DNA of 64,000 bases from IMG/VR virus record IMGVR_UViG_2905984197_000003, positions 10,435 to 74,434 of that record. The stretch is one strand, 5' to 3'. A program made the translations under genes and the position numbers. Below the pieces are notes generated by a model, which ran no database searches, was not told where the DNA came from, and worked only from the letters and a program-made list of their open reading frames with translations. This DNA comes from a virus. Taxonomy: Duplodnaviria; Caudoviricetes. Below are positions 11,007 to 22,300 of the stretch, piece after piece. Position 1 is the stretch's first letter. Every line of letters starts with the position of its first letter.

Positions 11007-11447
11007 CTATTTTGCAAAAAACAAATCAGCTTCTGCTTTTCTACGTCTGATTAAACCATTCAAAACTTTACCTCCCGCGGTAGTATATCTTGAAGAAAAC
11101 CAATCTTTAATGGTTTCTGAATTTGCTTTTTTATTGATCAAAGAAAATAGAGTGTCCGATCCTCCTGTGTTGTAAGTATGCGATACAAGAGCGTCAAATT
11201 GATTTTGTGTAAGCGAGATTTTAATTTTATTCTTAACTATTTTTTCATACGTCGGCAAAACAGATGAAAATAATTCAGCTCCTTTTTCTTTGCTGATGGA
11301 AGGATCTTTCATGGTTACTTTTTTTCCGCCTGGGTAATACGTATTTCCGTAGCCAATTGTCGGGATTCCTGCTGAATCCAGATAAGGTTTGGAACTGAAT
11401 CCTTCAAATGATAAAATCAGATTGATTCCTTTTTGTGATGTTTTCAT
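11007..11447 (-). CDS. Endolysin, GH24 phage lysozyme
   Basis: Catalytic E-x8-D-x5-T pattern (FEGFSSKPYLDSAGIPTIGYG), LTQNQFDALVS, GLIRRRKAEADLF. Confidence 0.95.
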   Translation of the reverse strand: MKTSQKGINLILSFEGFSSKPYLDSAGIPTIGYGNTYYPGGKKVTMKDPSISKEKGAELFSSVLPTYEKIVKNKIKISLTQNQFDALVSHTYNTGGSDTLFSLINKKANSETIKDWFSSRYTTAGGKVLNGLIRRRKAEADLFFAK

Positions 11448-11458
11448 TATTTCTATTT

Positions 11459-12154
11459 TTAAAATCTTATTAAATTATATGATACTCCAATTCCGAAGGC
11501 TGGATAAAACTGATTTGCCGCGGGAACATAATAATAGCCTCCTTGAATACCAAAACCAAATCTTTTCGGCTTCACATCGATCCGTTTCTTGAAGTGTTCA
11601 ACACCGTTAATCTTCATGTTTTTATCGGGTGAAGAAATATCAATGTACGTATTTTCTTTGCCGAGCAACCATTTCCTATCTTTGTATTTAACAATATCTA
11701 CTACTGCGTTGTACTTGTAATCGACCGTACTATCTTGAATGTTTGATACTATTTGCATGTATTTACTTTCGTAAAAAACACGTGCTTTTTTATTTGCATC
11801 CAATTCGGTCTTTGTTGCTTTCAATTGACCATCTAAATTAAAGTTTGCTCTGGTTAATTCATCTATCTTTTCCTGTGCAATATTGAGAGCTGGCGCAAGC
11901 GTGTCACTTACGTAAGTCATGTAATTTTTGGTAACGTAGTTTTTTACTATTTCGCCTTCTTGTTCTTTAAATTTACCGTGAATAGTGCTGTCTTTTAGAT
12001 TCATCCATTTATCAAGGTAAATTGTATCTAATGATTTAGTAGTTTCTGAGGCGATTCTATCGTTTTTACTTAAAGTAAACCATCCTGTGAAAAGGTTTGC
12101 AGTCAATCCGATAACCGCTATAACCAATATCGCTAAAAATGCATTCTTTTTCAT
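11459..12154 (-). CDS. Putative spanin-like lysis protein
   Basis: Lies between holin-like gene and lysozyme; N-terminal hydrophobic helix, coiled-coil middle, C-terminal beta-strand-like segment ending GIGVSYNLIRF. Confidence 0.5.
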   Translation of the reverse strand: MKKNAFLAILVIAVIGLTANLFTGWFTLSKNDRIASETTKSLDTIYLDKWMNLKDSTIHGKFKEQEGEIVKNYVTKNYMTYVSDTLAPALNIAQEKIDELTRANFNLDGQLKATKTELDANKKARVFYESKYMQIVSNIQDSTVDYKYNAVVDIVKYKDRKWLLGKENTYIDISSPDKNMKINGVEHFKKRIDVKPKRFGFGIQGGYYYVPAANQFYPAFGIGVSYNLIRF

Positions 12155-12462
12155 TTTGATTGATTTAATAATGTTGTTGCTTGTTCCTGAGTTTTTTCAC
12201 GAAGAGTACTATCTGCTTTTTTTATAGTCTCATCTTTTATGTATCCTGCTTTTATTAATAATTGTCTGTTTAATTCATCTACCTTTTTTCTTTCTTCATA
12301 GTAGAGTGTTTTGTAATCTTCTTTTGATTCTTTACTGCTATTCAGATTAATGAAGTAGGTAATCCAAAACATGAGAAAGAAAACCGCAGCGACAAACGCA
12401 AGAGGATTTTTTGAAATTAATTGCTGAAATTTTCCCAGCTCGTTTGGATTTGGATTTGCCAT
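12151..12462 (-). CDS. Putative holin / small membrane lysis protein
   Basis: 103 aa, one TM segment (PLAFVAAVFFLMFWITYFI) and charged C-terminus; first gene of the lysis cassette. Confidence 0.55.
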   Translation of the reverse strand: MANPNPNELGKFQQLISKNPLAFVAAVFFLMFWITYFINLNSSKESKEDYKTLYYEERKKVDELNRQLLIKAGYIKDETIKKADSTLREKTQEQATTLLNQSK

Positions 12463-12495
12463 TTATACCTTTCATTTTTTTTATTGTTCGATTTT

Positions 12496-15270
12496 TTACC
12501 CGATTAGAAGTCCATATTGAAAATGACAAACTGTTCCACCTATCGTCTTTTGACCAGAAAAACCCTCTTGTAATGTTCCAACGAGATGAGGTACATATAC
12601 TTTAAAGCCCTTAAAGCCATTTGAATCTGCGTTGTTTAAAAACATATATCCGGAACTTACTTCAAGAGCATTATTAACTCCGGAGGCTCCAGAGGCTAAT
12701 AATCTTAATGCCGTATTATTAACATTTGAACCTGACGAGGATATTTCTGCACCTATATTGTTTATATTGCCTTCATTTCTGTTACTGAATATTCTGAATC
12801 TATTTTTGAAGGTTGGATTTCCTGGAAAATTATCTGATGAAATAGAAATTCCACTTATTAATTCTCCAGATGAATTAAATTCGCCAAATAATAACTTACC
12901 AAGTGTACTCGTCAAAGTTGTTGCGGTGATCTTCCAGCCGTTAACACCACCGATATATCCTTCGGTTGCATTTATTTTTCCGATTATTTCAGCGTTTTCC
13001 GCAATCATTTTTCCGTTTTGTTGAACTCTGAATGGTGCTGTATTTCTATTTGCATAATTAGAACCAGATCCAAATCTTACACTCGTTCCGGTTGTGTCTC
13101 CATCATCTGTAAGGCTTGAAACAAAAGCGTTTCTTTCTGTATCTGTTCCAAGTTCTAAAACTTGTGTTACTAAAAGTCCATTGTCAACAGAAGTGAAACC
13201 ATCTGATCCATCATTGAATTTTATTTTTCCTTTGATAACTCCGGTGTCAAGATTTATTGTCATTTGACCGTCCAATGAGGCGACAATTCCAGTTCTAATA
13301 AGCCCTCCGTTGATTGTACTTGTGCCAATAGTGATTGATAAAACTCTTACATTATCAACAACGGTATGAAGTATTCCAAGTAAGAAATAAAAGTCATTTA
13401 CATCATCATCAAACTTGATTTTTTCTTGCGTAAATTCAATTACAGCATCAGTTCCGGTTTTCGAGCAAACTGCATATACATATCTAAACCCGTCATCCGG
13501 AAGTGTCACATTGTTTTCAGCAATATTCCATGTTTTATTAAAAGTCTGCGAGTAAATCACACCTGCATTTGCTTTGACTTTGTTTTTATTTCCGTCGATC
13601 ATCAACTCGAAAACTACTGAACAGCTTAATTGCTGAGATTGGCTTCCAACAGTCAGCATGTTTGTTTCAATCGAATTTGGCTTGATGTTTTCCGGCCAGA
13701 AATAACCATCTGTATCGAAAGCGAGGTTTTGAAGCTCTTGAGTAGTTTTTAATCCTAACTTTGAATAGTTGATATTTCCAAGATTAGTAATGGATAAGAC
13801 ATTCTTAATTGTTTTTACGTCCAAAATTACTTGAGAAGCATAATTTATCTCATAAGAATCAGCAATCACAACTTTATATTTGAAAGGATTGTAAACTCCA
13901 TTTTCGATAAATGTTACCGTAGTAGAATTTATTCTAAGCATTTTATTAATTCCTAAAGGCTTGTCAACCACCGTAACATAATCACCAATGTCAAAGTTTC
14001 CGATTCCTATTTTCTCCATGTAAGCTGGATCAATTTCCAGATCATAAGAAACTTTTGCGTTTTTATGGAGCTCAAATTGCTCAAGACCTTTTACCAGTAA
14101 TTCATTTTCAGCATTATCAATGTAGCTTTGAGGCATGACGATATCTAAAATTACATATTCATCACCTAAGGCAAATTGAAAAGCTTCAGAATCTATATCG
14201 GGAAACTTCTGCCCCGAATCATTAGTGAACGGAATTATTTCGAACGTTTTCGTTGTATGGCTATAACCACCTTTTTTTATCTCAAATTCATAGCCGGCAA
14301 GATTACCAGTATTGAAATGAACCTTTGCCGATGTTCCTGCAATCAAATATTTAGTTGTCACATTATCGGCCTCTTTTGCGTTCAAATCGAAATCCATCCC
14401 AGAATCAAGAAACTTGAATTTTGTATCTCCTAAAGAAGTTATCTTTCCTGTTCTTTTGGGGTAGATATCATCAAATGTAATTGATCCTTCTTTTAATCCA
14501 AATCCTGCAATTAAACTTGTATCTTCGACGAAATCAGAATTTGGCAGCATCAAATTTGTTGAAAAATTTCTGTAACCATTCGGGATATTTTCAGTTCCGC
14601 CTAAAACGTAAAGTCTATTGATAATATCATTGTCATCAACATTTGAACGATTCAATCCGTACAAACCCTTACCTTTTCCATGTTCGAAAGTAAGAGGTAA
14701 TTTTCGCCCGAAATCTCCGGTATGGATTACGATTTTATCATTCTCAATTTTAACCCAGAAATCTACTTTAAATTCATCGCAAATTTTCTGTAAGGCCGAA
14801 AGACAAGTATCATCACCGAAAGTGATTGTTTTGGTTTCAGCGTTCGTGAAGTTTCCGATTTCCCAATCCAAAGAAAGCCTTTGCATATTGTTTTTAAGAC
14901 AAATCAAAAAGGTTTCAATAGTTCCGATTAGCGGAAATTCTAAGTTGAATTTCTGCCCGGTTCCGTCCGCATTGAAATACTTGCAACGAAGCATATCATA
15001 CATTAAACCTTGAGCGATAATATCGTACTCGTATTCAGCCTCACTAATTTTATTGACATTCGGTAAAGAATTCAATCTGTAGACAGAACCAAACAACACA
15101 AAGTAGTCATTGATTTTAATATCCAAAACAGAATTTGATTTCATTCGGATATTCAAAGTATCATCCGAAAGCAAAGCTTTACTTATTGCCGCCGATTCAA
15201 CAGAACGCTTCCCCCTTTCAACTAAGTTGAAAAGTGGTGAGCTGTTTCTGTAAATGGTTATGTTGTTCAT
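12496..15270 (-). CDS. Tail tip / baseplate hub-type minor tail protein (924 aa)
   Basis: Motifs TCLSALQKIC, GKGKGLY, INRLYVLGGTENIP, FDDIYPKRTG typical of siphovirus tail-tip proteins; located downstream of TMP and Dit. Confidence 0.8.
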   Translation of the reverse strand: MNNITIYRNSSPLFNLVERGKRSVESAAISKALLSDDTLNIRMKSNSVLDIKINDYFVLFGSVYRLNSLPNVNKISEAEYEYDIIAQGLMYDMLRCKYFNADGTGQKFNLEFPLIGTIETFLICLKNNMQRLSLDWEIGNFTNAETKTITFGDDTCLSALQKICDEFKVDFWVKIENDKIVIHTGDFGRKLPLTFEHGKGKGLYGLNRSNVDDNDIINRLYVLGGTENIPNGYRNFSTNLMLPNSDFVEDTSLIAGFGLKEGSITFDDIYPKRTGKITSLGDTKFKFLDSGMDFDLNAKEADNVTTKYLIAGTSAKVHFNTGNLAGYEFEIKKGGYSHTTKTFEIIPFTNDSGQKFPDIDSEAFQFALGDEYVILDIVMPQSYIDNAENELLVKGLEQFELHKNAKVSYDLEIDPAYMEKIGIGNFDIGDYVTVVDKPLGINKMLRINSTTVTFIENGVYNPFKYKVVIADSYEINYASQVILDVKTIKNVLSITNLGNINYSKLGLKTTQELQNLAFDTDGYFWPENIKPNSIETNMLTVGSQSQQLSCSVVFELMIDGNKNKVKANAGVIYSQTFNKTWNIAENNVTLPDDGFRYVYAVCSKTGTDAVIEFTQEKIKFDDDVNDFYFLLGILHTVVDNVRVLSITIGTSTINGGLIRTGIVASLDGQMTINLDTGVIKGKIKFNDGSDGFTSVDNGLLVTQVLELGTDTERNAFVSSLTDDGDTTGTSVRFGSGSNYANRNTAPFRVQQNGKMIAENAEIIGKINATEGYIGGVNGWKITATTLTSTLGKLLFGEFNSSGELISGISISSDNFPGNPTFKNRFRIFSNRNEGNINNIGAEISSSGSNVNNTALRLLASGASGVNNALEVSSGYMFLNNADSNGFKGFKVYVPHLVGTLQEGFSGQKTIGGTVCHFQYGLLIG

Positions 15271-15306
15271 TATATTTTTTTTACTTTTACTAGCAAATTA
15301 TTTCGT

Positions 15307-15555
15307 ATGTATATATATTTAATTGGAGTATTTTTAACTGAAAAGCAAGTTGATTCTATTATAAAAAAAAAGCATGAAGAATTAGATAGATGGCTCAAAC
15401 GCGAACAAATAACCCTTAACGAAAAATCTAAACAAGAAATAAATGAAGAATATGAAAAAATAAAAAGATCAAAAAAACCAAAATGGAAAAAAATTCATTT
15501 AACAATTGTTCTTGATGATATTATTGCTCAAGTTTCACAAATTAATGTTTGGTAG
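15307..15555 (+). CDS. Small basic hypothetical protein, antisense insert in the tail module
   Basis: 82-aa ORF filling the gap between two minus-strand tail genes; start uncertain. Confidence 0.45.
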   Translation: MYIYLIGVFLTEKQVDSIIKKKHEELDRWLKREQITLNEKSKQEINEEYEKIKRSKKPKWKKIHLTIVLDDIIAQVSQINVW

Positions 15556-16170
15556 TTAAAAAATCATTGATCTAAATCCTTCTTTGATAATATCTGCTCC
15601 CGCTTGATTCTCGTGGATATTATCACCACAATTATACTGATCTGCTAAATTGTCACTACCGTCACTTAGGAGAGAAACGTGATAATTATTTCTTTTATCT
15701 ACATTTGAAATCGTTGACATTATCGCGTTATTTAAAGTTACCCAATTAGCGTATGCTTGTGGTTTACCTGCATCCAAATAAGCTTTTTTTGCAGGATTCA
15801 TGCAGCTGATCCAAATCTCTGCATCAGGTCTTATATCTGATCTGATTTGATTTATGTAATTTTGATAGTTTGTTAAAACTGTATTAATGTTTTGCTCCAC
15901 ATCGTTCAATCCGATTTGAACTAAAACGACATCAAAGAAATTTTTGTTCGATAAAGCGTTCCAAGCTGCCAGCTGTTGATTAATTGTGTGACCAGGTACA
16001 GCAATATTTTGCGCTGAAAACCCTTGACTAATCTCATTTTGCGTAAATAACTGAGATGCTATGGTTTGCCCCCTACAAGCATACGCTGCAATTGTTGAAT
16101 CGCCTGAAATCAAAAACTTTTTTTTAGAGTTTTGATTTTCAATTCCGTCAATCGTCATATTTAACATCAT
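15556..16170 (-). CDS. SGNH/GDSL hydrolase (esterase)
   Basis: Blocks GDST, AVPG, GLND and DNIH all present. Confidence 0.9.
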   Translation of the reverse strand: MMLNMTIDGIENQNSKKKFLISGDSTIAAYACRGQTIASQLFTQNEISQGFSAQNIAVPGHTINQQLAAWNALSNKNFFDVVLVQIGLNDVEQNINTVLTNYQNYINQIRSDIRPDAEIWISCMNPAKKAYLDAGKPQAYANWVTLNNAIMSTISNVDKRNNYHVSLLSDGSDNLADQYNCGDNIHENQAGADIIKEGFRSMIF

Positions 16171-16172
16171 AA

Positions 16173-17810
16173 TTATAAGTTTAATAATTTGACATACTCA
16201 GTTGTTGCAGTGCCTCCAACAGGGTTAGACAATTTCAGCCAAAGTTCTCCGGATATTGCATTTGGGTAGGTGTACAAATCGGTGAAATTTGTCCCATCCG
16301 TTGATTTTAATAACTTGACTTGTGTCCCAATTCTACTAAATCTATATTTCAATATTCCAGATGGACTTCCTTGTTGACTTTGTGTACCATTTCTGTAATT
16401 TACATAATTAGCACCTAGTCCATTTCCTACTATAACATGGCAATTCCAAACGAGAGGATTTCCATAAGCTCTTAAAGTCGACACATCATCTAAACCGAAC
16501 ATTATACTTCCGATAACATTTCCACCAAACTCAAAGTAACCATCACCTATCAATGTTTGATCTGATACTCCAACCTCGTTTTGAGTGGTTATACGATGCA
16601 CGCCATCTGATAGAGTAGTAAATGATCCGTCATGTACTGAAAATGTCAAACTAATAGGTAAAGCCTGAGCGAGTGTTGTTGGATTTACAGTGTTACTAAA
16701 AACAGACACGTTGCCTGCTGCATCTTTAGATTTAACTTTAAATTCATAGCTTGTATTTAATAATAAACTTGTTACTTGGTAATTGTTTGAATTCGTAGAA
16801 GTTAGAAAAACACCGTCTTTATAAATATCGTAACCAACTACTCCAATATTGTCTGTAGCACCCGTCATAACTAAATTAACAGAATTATGCGTGATGTTTT
16901 CTGTTGTTAATGTTGGTTGGCTTGGATTTTGAGAATCAGGAATTGATACCGTTGTCTCAATTAAATTTTTATTTATCGAAAACATCAGGTTGGTGCCGAT
17001 TAAGATATACCCAATTAAACTTCTTTTATCCGGATTTAAATTTATATCTAGCGAGACTCCTTCAACAGTTAAAGTTTTATTTCCTACTAAATCTTGTTTG
17101 ACGACCAAATATCCTTGTGAAATATTCTTATTAATCGTTAAACTAGTGTTCGTTGTTATGTTAAAATATTTATTCCCATCCCATATAGACCCAATTAATA
17201 CACTGAATTCATTATCATCTGTACTTTCCGAGTTTCCTATTTGAATCCATTTTATAGACGTTCCAGGAATATCTGTACTTTGTGCAATTTGCCCTTCATC
17301 AACAATCCAATGAATATTATTCTTAATTATTTGATTACCTTCTGTTAAAGGAAAATCTATTGAACTTAAACTATCCCATAACCTTACATTTACAGAAGCT
17401 TGAGGCATTGCTTTTAAAATCTTTTCAGCAACTCCATTTTTAATCCAAATCTGAACTTCATTTAATTGAATATCTGTTGGTGAAACTGTAATAATCTCAT
17501 CATTTACATCAATAAAATTTGGAAAATTCCCGGATTGATTTACATCGTATTTTTCGTATAAATTAGTACCTGAAGTCCAAGGTGTAGGAATAGGATTAGT
17601 AACAGGATCATAAGGTAACCCTGGTTTTGCTACTCCTTTAATTCCAGATTGAGTTGTTGCTTCAACGTCAGCTCTCCATTCGTTATCCTCTATAATACTA
17701 TAAGTATTTCCCGGCATTCCATTTTTTGTAATAGTTGCGAAATTATCAGGTGGGATTATATCTGTGACGTTTACGTTAATCTGATTGATGTTAAATGTTC
17801 CTATTGGCAT
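16173..17810 (-). CDS. Minor tail protein with fibronectin type III domain
   Basis: FN3 signature PDSQNPSQPT...ATDNIGVVGYDIY...YEFKVKSKDAAGNVS followed by a beta-rich C-terminal domain. Confidence 0.8.
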   Translation of the reverse strand: MPIGTFNINQINVNVTDIIPPDNFATITKNGMPGNTYSIIEDNEWRADVEATTQSGIKGVAKPGLPYDPVTNPIPTPWTSGTNLYEKYDVNQSGNFPNFIDVNDEIITVSPTDIQLNEVQIWIKNGVAEKILKAMPQASVNVRLWDSLSSIDFPLTEGNQIIKNNIHWIVDEGQIAQSTDIPGTSIKWIQIGNSESTDDNEFSVLIGSIWDGNKYFNITTNTSLTINKNISQGYLVVKQDLVGNKTLTVEGVSLDINLNPDKRSLIGYILIGTNLMFSINKNLIETTVSIPDSQNPSQPTLTTENITHNSVNLVMTGATDNIGVVGYDIYKDGVFLTSTNSNNYQVTSLLLNTSYEFKVKSKDAAGNVSVFSNTVNPTTLAQALPISLTFSVHDGSFTTLSDGVHRITTQNEVGVSDQTLIGDGYFEFGGNVIGSIMFGLDDVSTLRAYGNPLVWNCHVIVGNGLGANYVNYRNGTQSQQGSPSGILKYRFSRIGTQVKLLKSTDGTNFTDLYTYPNAISGELWLKLSNPVGGTATTEYVKLLNL

Positions 17811-17823
17811 TGTTTTTATTATT

Positions 17824-18843
17824 TTAGATTTTTTCCCAAAGAATTTCCACTTCGGTTTGTAAATTTTTAATTTCTTCTATGTTTCCAGCGATGATGATGA
17901 TTTTCTCTTTTCCAATCATATCCTGCCATTCTCCTATTATTTCGGCTGTTTCTATTTTTGCATTTCCGTAAGTCAGATTGCTTATTTCGTTACCATCTGA
18001 ATCCAAAACCTTGTAAATGAATTTTCCATAATCAGACATCTTTAATTCGGCAAAAGTCTCAAGAGAGTTATATCCCGTTTTTCCATTAGTTATTTCAGAA
18101 ATTGCGACTGCTTGATAAGTGTTATCTAGCTTTCTGCCGATAACTACCAGAAACAAATCCTTCGGCGCCGTGATAACTACTTCAACCGAAAACCTGAAAG
18201 ATGTTTCATTCGTGGGAATCGTATAAGCTTCATAGAAGTCTGCATTTACACCGCTAACTGAAATCAGATTGATTCCTGAGCTTTCATAAGAAGGTGATTC
18301 GTAATTCTTAGTGAAGTTTACATTTCCTCTAGCCGTCTGTTTTGTTCCATCTCCAAAGAATAATTCAGTTTCAGTTGTAGATTCGTAGGAAAGTTTGAAC
18401 TTATCAAGAGATGTTTTTAGAATGGTTTTAATTGGATTAGGCTCGATAAGATTAATAGTAAAAATCCCAACCATTCCACCCTTTCTGAATGTTTTCTCCA
18501 AGGCAATATCTTCCTGCATGTAAACTTCGTAAGCCAAAGTTTTAAATTCGAAAGGAACAATATGAAGTCTTTGAGTTCCGGATCTTGCAAACTGATCCTT
18601 AAAAGCATGAAAATTGCTTAACATCACCTCCCAGTCCTCACCATCAACAAAACATTTTAATTGAATTTTTCTTTCCTTGAATTTGACATTTCGTAAATTA
18701 GGAGAAGCTCCGTGATATTCCGCCCAATCATAAGACTGCACAGCTTTTCTTTCCAAAGAATCAGCTATTCCGATAGAATCAGAAACATAAACTTTGAAAT
18801 CACGAAAGTTTTTGTTGTTAATAAAATACCCTACCTCATTCAT
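17824..18843 (-). CDS. Distal tail (Dit-like) protein
   Basis: Follows the TMP region; motifs DWAEYHG, FKERKIQLKCF, FTINLIEPNP. Confidence 0.7.
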   Translation of the reverse strand: MNEVGYFINNKNFRDFKVYVSDSIGIADSLERKAVQSYDWAEYHGASPNLRNVKFKERKIQLKCFVDGEDWEVMLSNFHAFKDQFARSGTQRLHIVPFEFKTLAYEVYMQEDIALEKTFRKGGMVGIFTINLIEPNPIKTILKTSLDKFKLSYESTTETELFFGDGTKQTARGNVNFTKNYESPSYESSGINLISVSGVNADFYEAYTIPTNETSFRFSVEVVITAPKDLFLVVIGRKLDNTYQAVAISEITNGKTGYNSLETFAELKMSDYGKFIYKVLDSDGNEISNLTYGNAKIETAEIIGEWQDMIGKEKIIIIAGNIEEIKNLQTEVEILWEKI

Positions 18844-19331
18844 CTTTTAAAGGTTGATTTGTGAACTTTTACATTTCCAGTGCTTTTCACTTGATTACTA
18901 TCATATTGAAAAACAGTTACCGAAGCTTTTTCCATGCATTCGATTTCTACCTCAGCATTATCCAGAATATTGATTATTAGAATTGCGTTTCCGGAAGCTT
19001 TTATTTTCGCCTTAGTATCATGTCTTAAAATCAGTTTTGATACTGAATAACTATTGTAACTTAATTCAATCTTACTTTCTCCGAAGTAAGCTGCTTCAAA
19101 CTCACTTTTATTACTACCTATATAATCCGTATGAAGTCCATAGATATCAGATTTGCCTTTGAAAGCTCTTAAAGTTTCAATATCCGGGAAGTCGTTTTTC
19201 ATACTCCAATCGTCACCTTCGAAATACATTTGGCAAAGATTTTCAAGTGAAGAATCGTTTTTCATTTTCTCCTGGTAATCTTTACACAGATTTTGCTTCT
19301 TTGCCAAGTTTAAAATATTGTTCGTTTTCAT
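18840..19331 (-). CDS. Phage hypothetical protein downstream of TMP
   Basis: 163 aa; overlaps both neighbours; beta-repeat-like C-terminus. Confidence 0.7.
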   Translation of the reverse strand: MKTNNILNLAKKQNLCKDYQEKMKNDSSLENLCQMYFEGDDWSMKNDFPDIETLRAFKGKSDIYGLHTDYIGSNKSEFEAAYFGESKIELSYNSYSVSKLILRHDTKAKIKASGNAILIINILDNAEVEIECMEKASVTVFQYDSNQVKSTGNVKVHKSTFKR

Positions 19332-22300
19332 TATGGTATACCGGCAGCGCCTTTTTTAACTTTTTGATTTAATTCAGAAATTTCTTTTAAAATCGCCTTC
19401 AGTGGTCTAGTATTAATTTCGATTTGACTTTGAATCAATAATTGATTTTTAAATACATTTTGATTAGCCTGGTGAATTTTAAGAATTGCAACGATGTTTA
19501 TTCGAACAGCATTAAACTGAGCTTCCAATGCTCCGGCAGTCTTTTCGGTAATTCCTTTGATATCGCCTTTCATGCCTTGAGCGTTTTCTGCAGCAGAACC
19601 GAATAAGTCCTCATATTGTTGGAGGGCTGCGGTATACTGTTGCATTGCCGTCAAGCCTAAAGCTTTTATCTTTTCACGCTCTTCTTCCGTAAGTCCATCA
19701 AAGGAACCTGAAACTGAGTTTGCTGCAATTTGTTGCTGAAGAATTTTAATTTTTTCCAGCAAATAATTTTTAGTAGAATTCAAATTAGCAGCAACAGAAC
19801 TATTTACTGTAGGTATTTTTTTTTCAATCTCTGCAATTTGATCTTGATAATTTTTAAGTGCCGCAGCTTGTTCGGCTGTGGCTCCAGCTTCCCCACCAAA
19901 TCCCATTGATTGATATAATTTATCAACCATACTTTTTACAGCTGGCTCTAAAATTTTAATTTTTAAAGCATTCGCAACAGCGTTTCTCATAACGTCATCA
20001 ACAACCTTATCAAATGCAGTTGCAGCATCTTCTCCTTTTCCAAAAGCATCAATTAATGCATCAGCTATTTTTTGTGACCAATCTTTAAAATCTGTAGTTG
20101 TTATTGATTTTTGAAAATTGTCAATTACATCTTGGATTTGTACATTAATATCTTTAATCTGCTCTGTATATGCTGCAACTTTATCTTGGTCTACCTTTTT
20201 CTTATCAGATTCTTTAGACCTCATATCATAAAGGATTCTTTGTTGCTCCTTGAGATTAGCAATAAGATCTCTTTGCATGGCTATTTGAGATTCGCCAGCT
20301 GTCTTCTCTATTGCTCTTTGAAGTTCTTCGTAAGCAAATTTTAGATCGTCAACAGCTCTTTTCCATTCACGAATACCTTTTTCTTTCTTTCCATCACCAG
20401 CAGTTGAAAGCATTTTTACTATACCTACAACCATTTGCGCTATTCCGCCAACCATTTGCTGGATATTTCCTGAGAAATATCCAACTAAAGCATTTACTAA
20501 ACCTTCTAATGTTTGAGTAAGATCTTTTGCAAATTTTTCAAAAGGGCCACCCTTACCATCCATTCCAAGTGCTTCGGACAATTCTTTTGCAGAGTTTACA
20601 GCTAAATCTGTGTAAAATTTAGTTTCTTGGATGTGTTGATTTAAACGGTTAAAATCTTCTTGTGTAGCAGTTCCTTCGCGAATTCTTTTTCTTAATTCTT
20701 TAAAGCTTGCTATAAGTGATTTAAAGGGACTGTTTCCGGTTGTAAGTTTTTTTAAGTCTTCAATCTTTTTTCTGAAAACTTCAACTTCTGCAGTGGGAGC
20801 TCCCAAATTAATCAGATTCTCCATTTCTTTTTCAAGTTGTGGAATCAGTTGGGAAATCTCTTTTTTAGTTAAAGCGTCAATGTTTCCAAAAGCTTTCTCA
20901 AAAAGATCTGTCTTTTCAAAAACCGACATAAAAGCACTTCGGTACTCTTTTGCTTCATCTTTTCCTGCAGCATTTAATAATTTTAATCGCTCAGAATCAG
21001 AAACACTCATTAATCCTATTCTTCGACGGAAGTCATTATATTTTTCAGAAATTTGTATTTGTTTTTGCTCAAAAGTTTCTTGTTCCTTTATGAAGTTAGA
21101 GTAAATCTCTTTTTGCTGCTGGGAAATTTCCTTTTTTCTTTCTTGAAGGTATTTTCTTTGCTGAAGAAAGAAATCGGTATTACCGCCTGATTTTTGATAA
21201 GCCTCACTCTGTGTATTTTCAATCACATCCAATTGGTCCACAAATGATGGCAACGCTTTCAAAGCATCATCAATTCCCCTTTTAAAGTTTTCAAAAGGTG
21301 TTTCTGTGCCATTTAGTTCAGTAATTTTTTGCTGAAGGAAAACAATATCTTTTTTATCCTTTTCTGTTAATAGTCCGGTAGTTTGCTTTGCTCTTAAGAC
21401 CTGTTCTTGTTTTTCTAAGTATTCAAGATAGTTTTGAGCACCGTTAAACAATTCTTTATATTGAGCATCAGCGGTTTCCTTACCATAAAATTCAGACATC
21501 TTATAGTAATTATTCCATTGGCGTTCTGACTCATCAATTCGCTCTTGGAAAGATTTGTATTGAAGGGATGTAATCTTGTTTTCAATAACCTCTCTACGTT
21601 TGTAAGCTTCTTCAAGACTTACACTTTCGCCTGTTAAATATGCATTACCTTTTTTATCCTTGTCTTTTCCAAATTTATCGAGTTTACGAAGTTTAACTTG
21701 ACCATTAATCGCAACATCTATAGCATCAGAAATCAAAGAAGCTCTTTGTTGAAGTTCTTTAATTGATCCTTTAGGAATAATTTCAGCAAGCTGATTTTCT
21801 TGCTTTTCTTTTTTCGGATTTAATAAATCATCAAGTTTTTTCTTTTGTGCTTCAAGTTTCCTGTAAGCTGCCTCAGTTGGCGCAGAATCCATTTGCGCTG
21901 AGATCTCATCGATCTGAGCTTTTATTTTCTGAGCCCAACCTTTTTTTGCAGGTGTTTTGTCTTCTGTAATTTCGGTTTCGGTAATATTTACACCTCTTTT
22001 TGCAAGATCATCTAACTTTTTCTGAATCTCTTCTTTCTCCGCCTCCTTATCCTTGACAATTCTATCTACACGCTCCTTTTTTCTTTCTTTTAGACTCCAG
22101 TTAAAACTACTATCGAAATCTGTGAAATCATCCCACATATCGCCAAGACCAAAATCTCCTCGAGTGTTTTTTAAATCTTCGGTATCTGTTTCTAACCTTC
22201 CTAATTCATTAACATATCTCTTTGCCTCGGCTTCAAGCTTCAACATTTCAATATATTTCTGAATCATTCCTGTAGCTTTCCCAGTTTTTACAGCCTCTGC

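Noticed and set aside
12347-12529. Embedded o-spanin lipoprotein
   Set aside because: No hydrophobic signal or lipobox at the N-terminus; overlaps two real genes.
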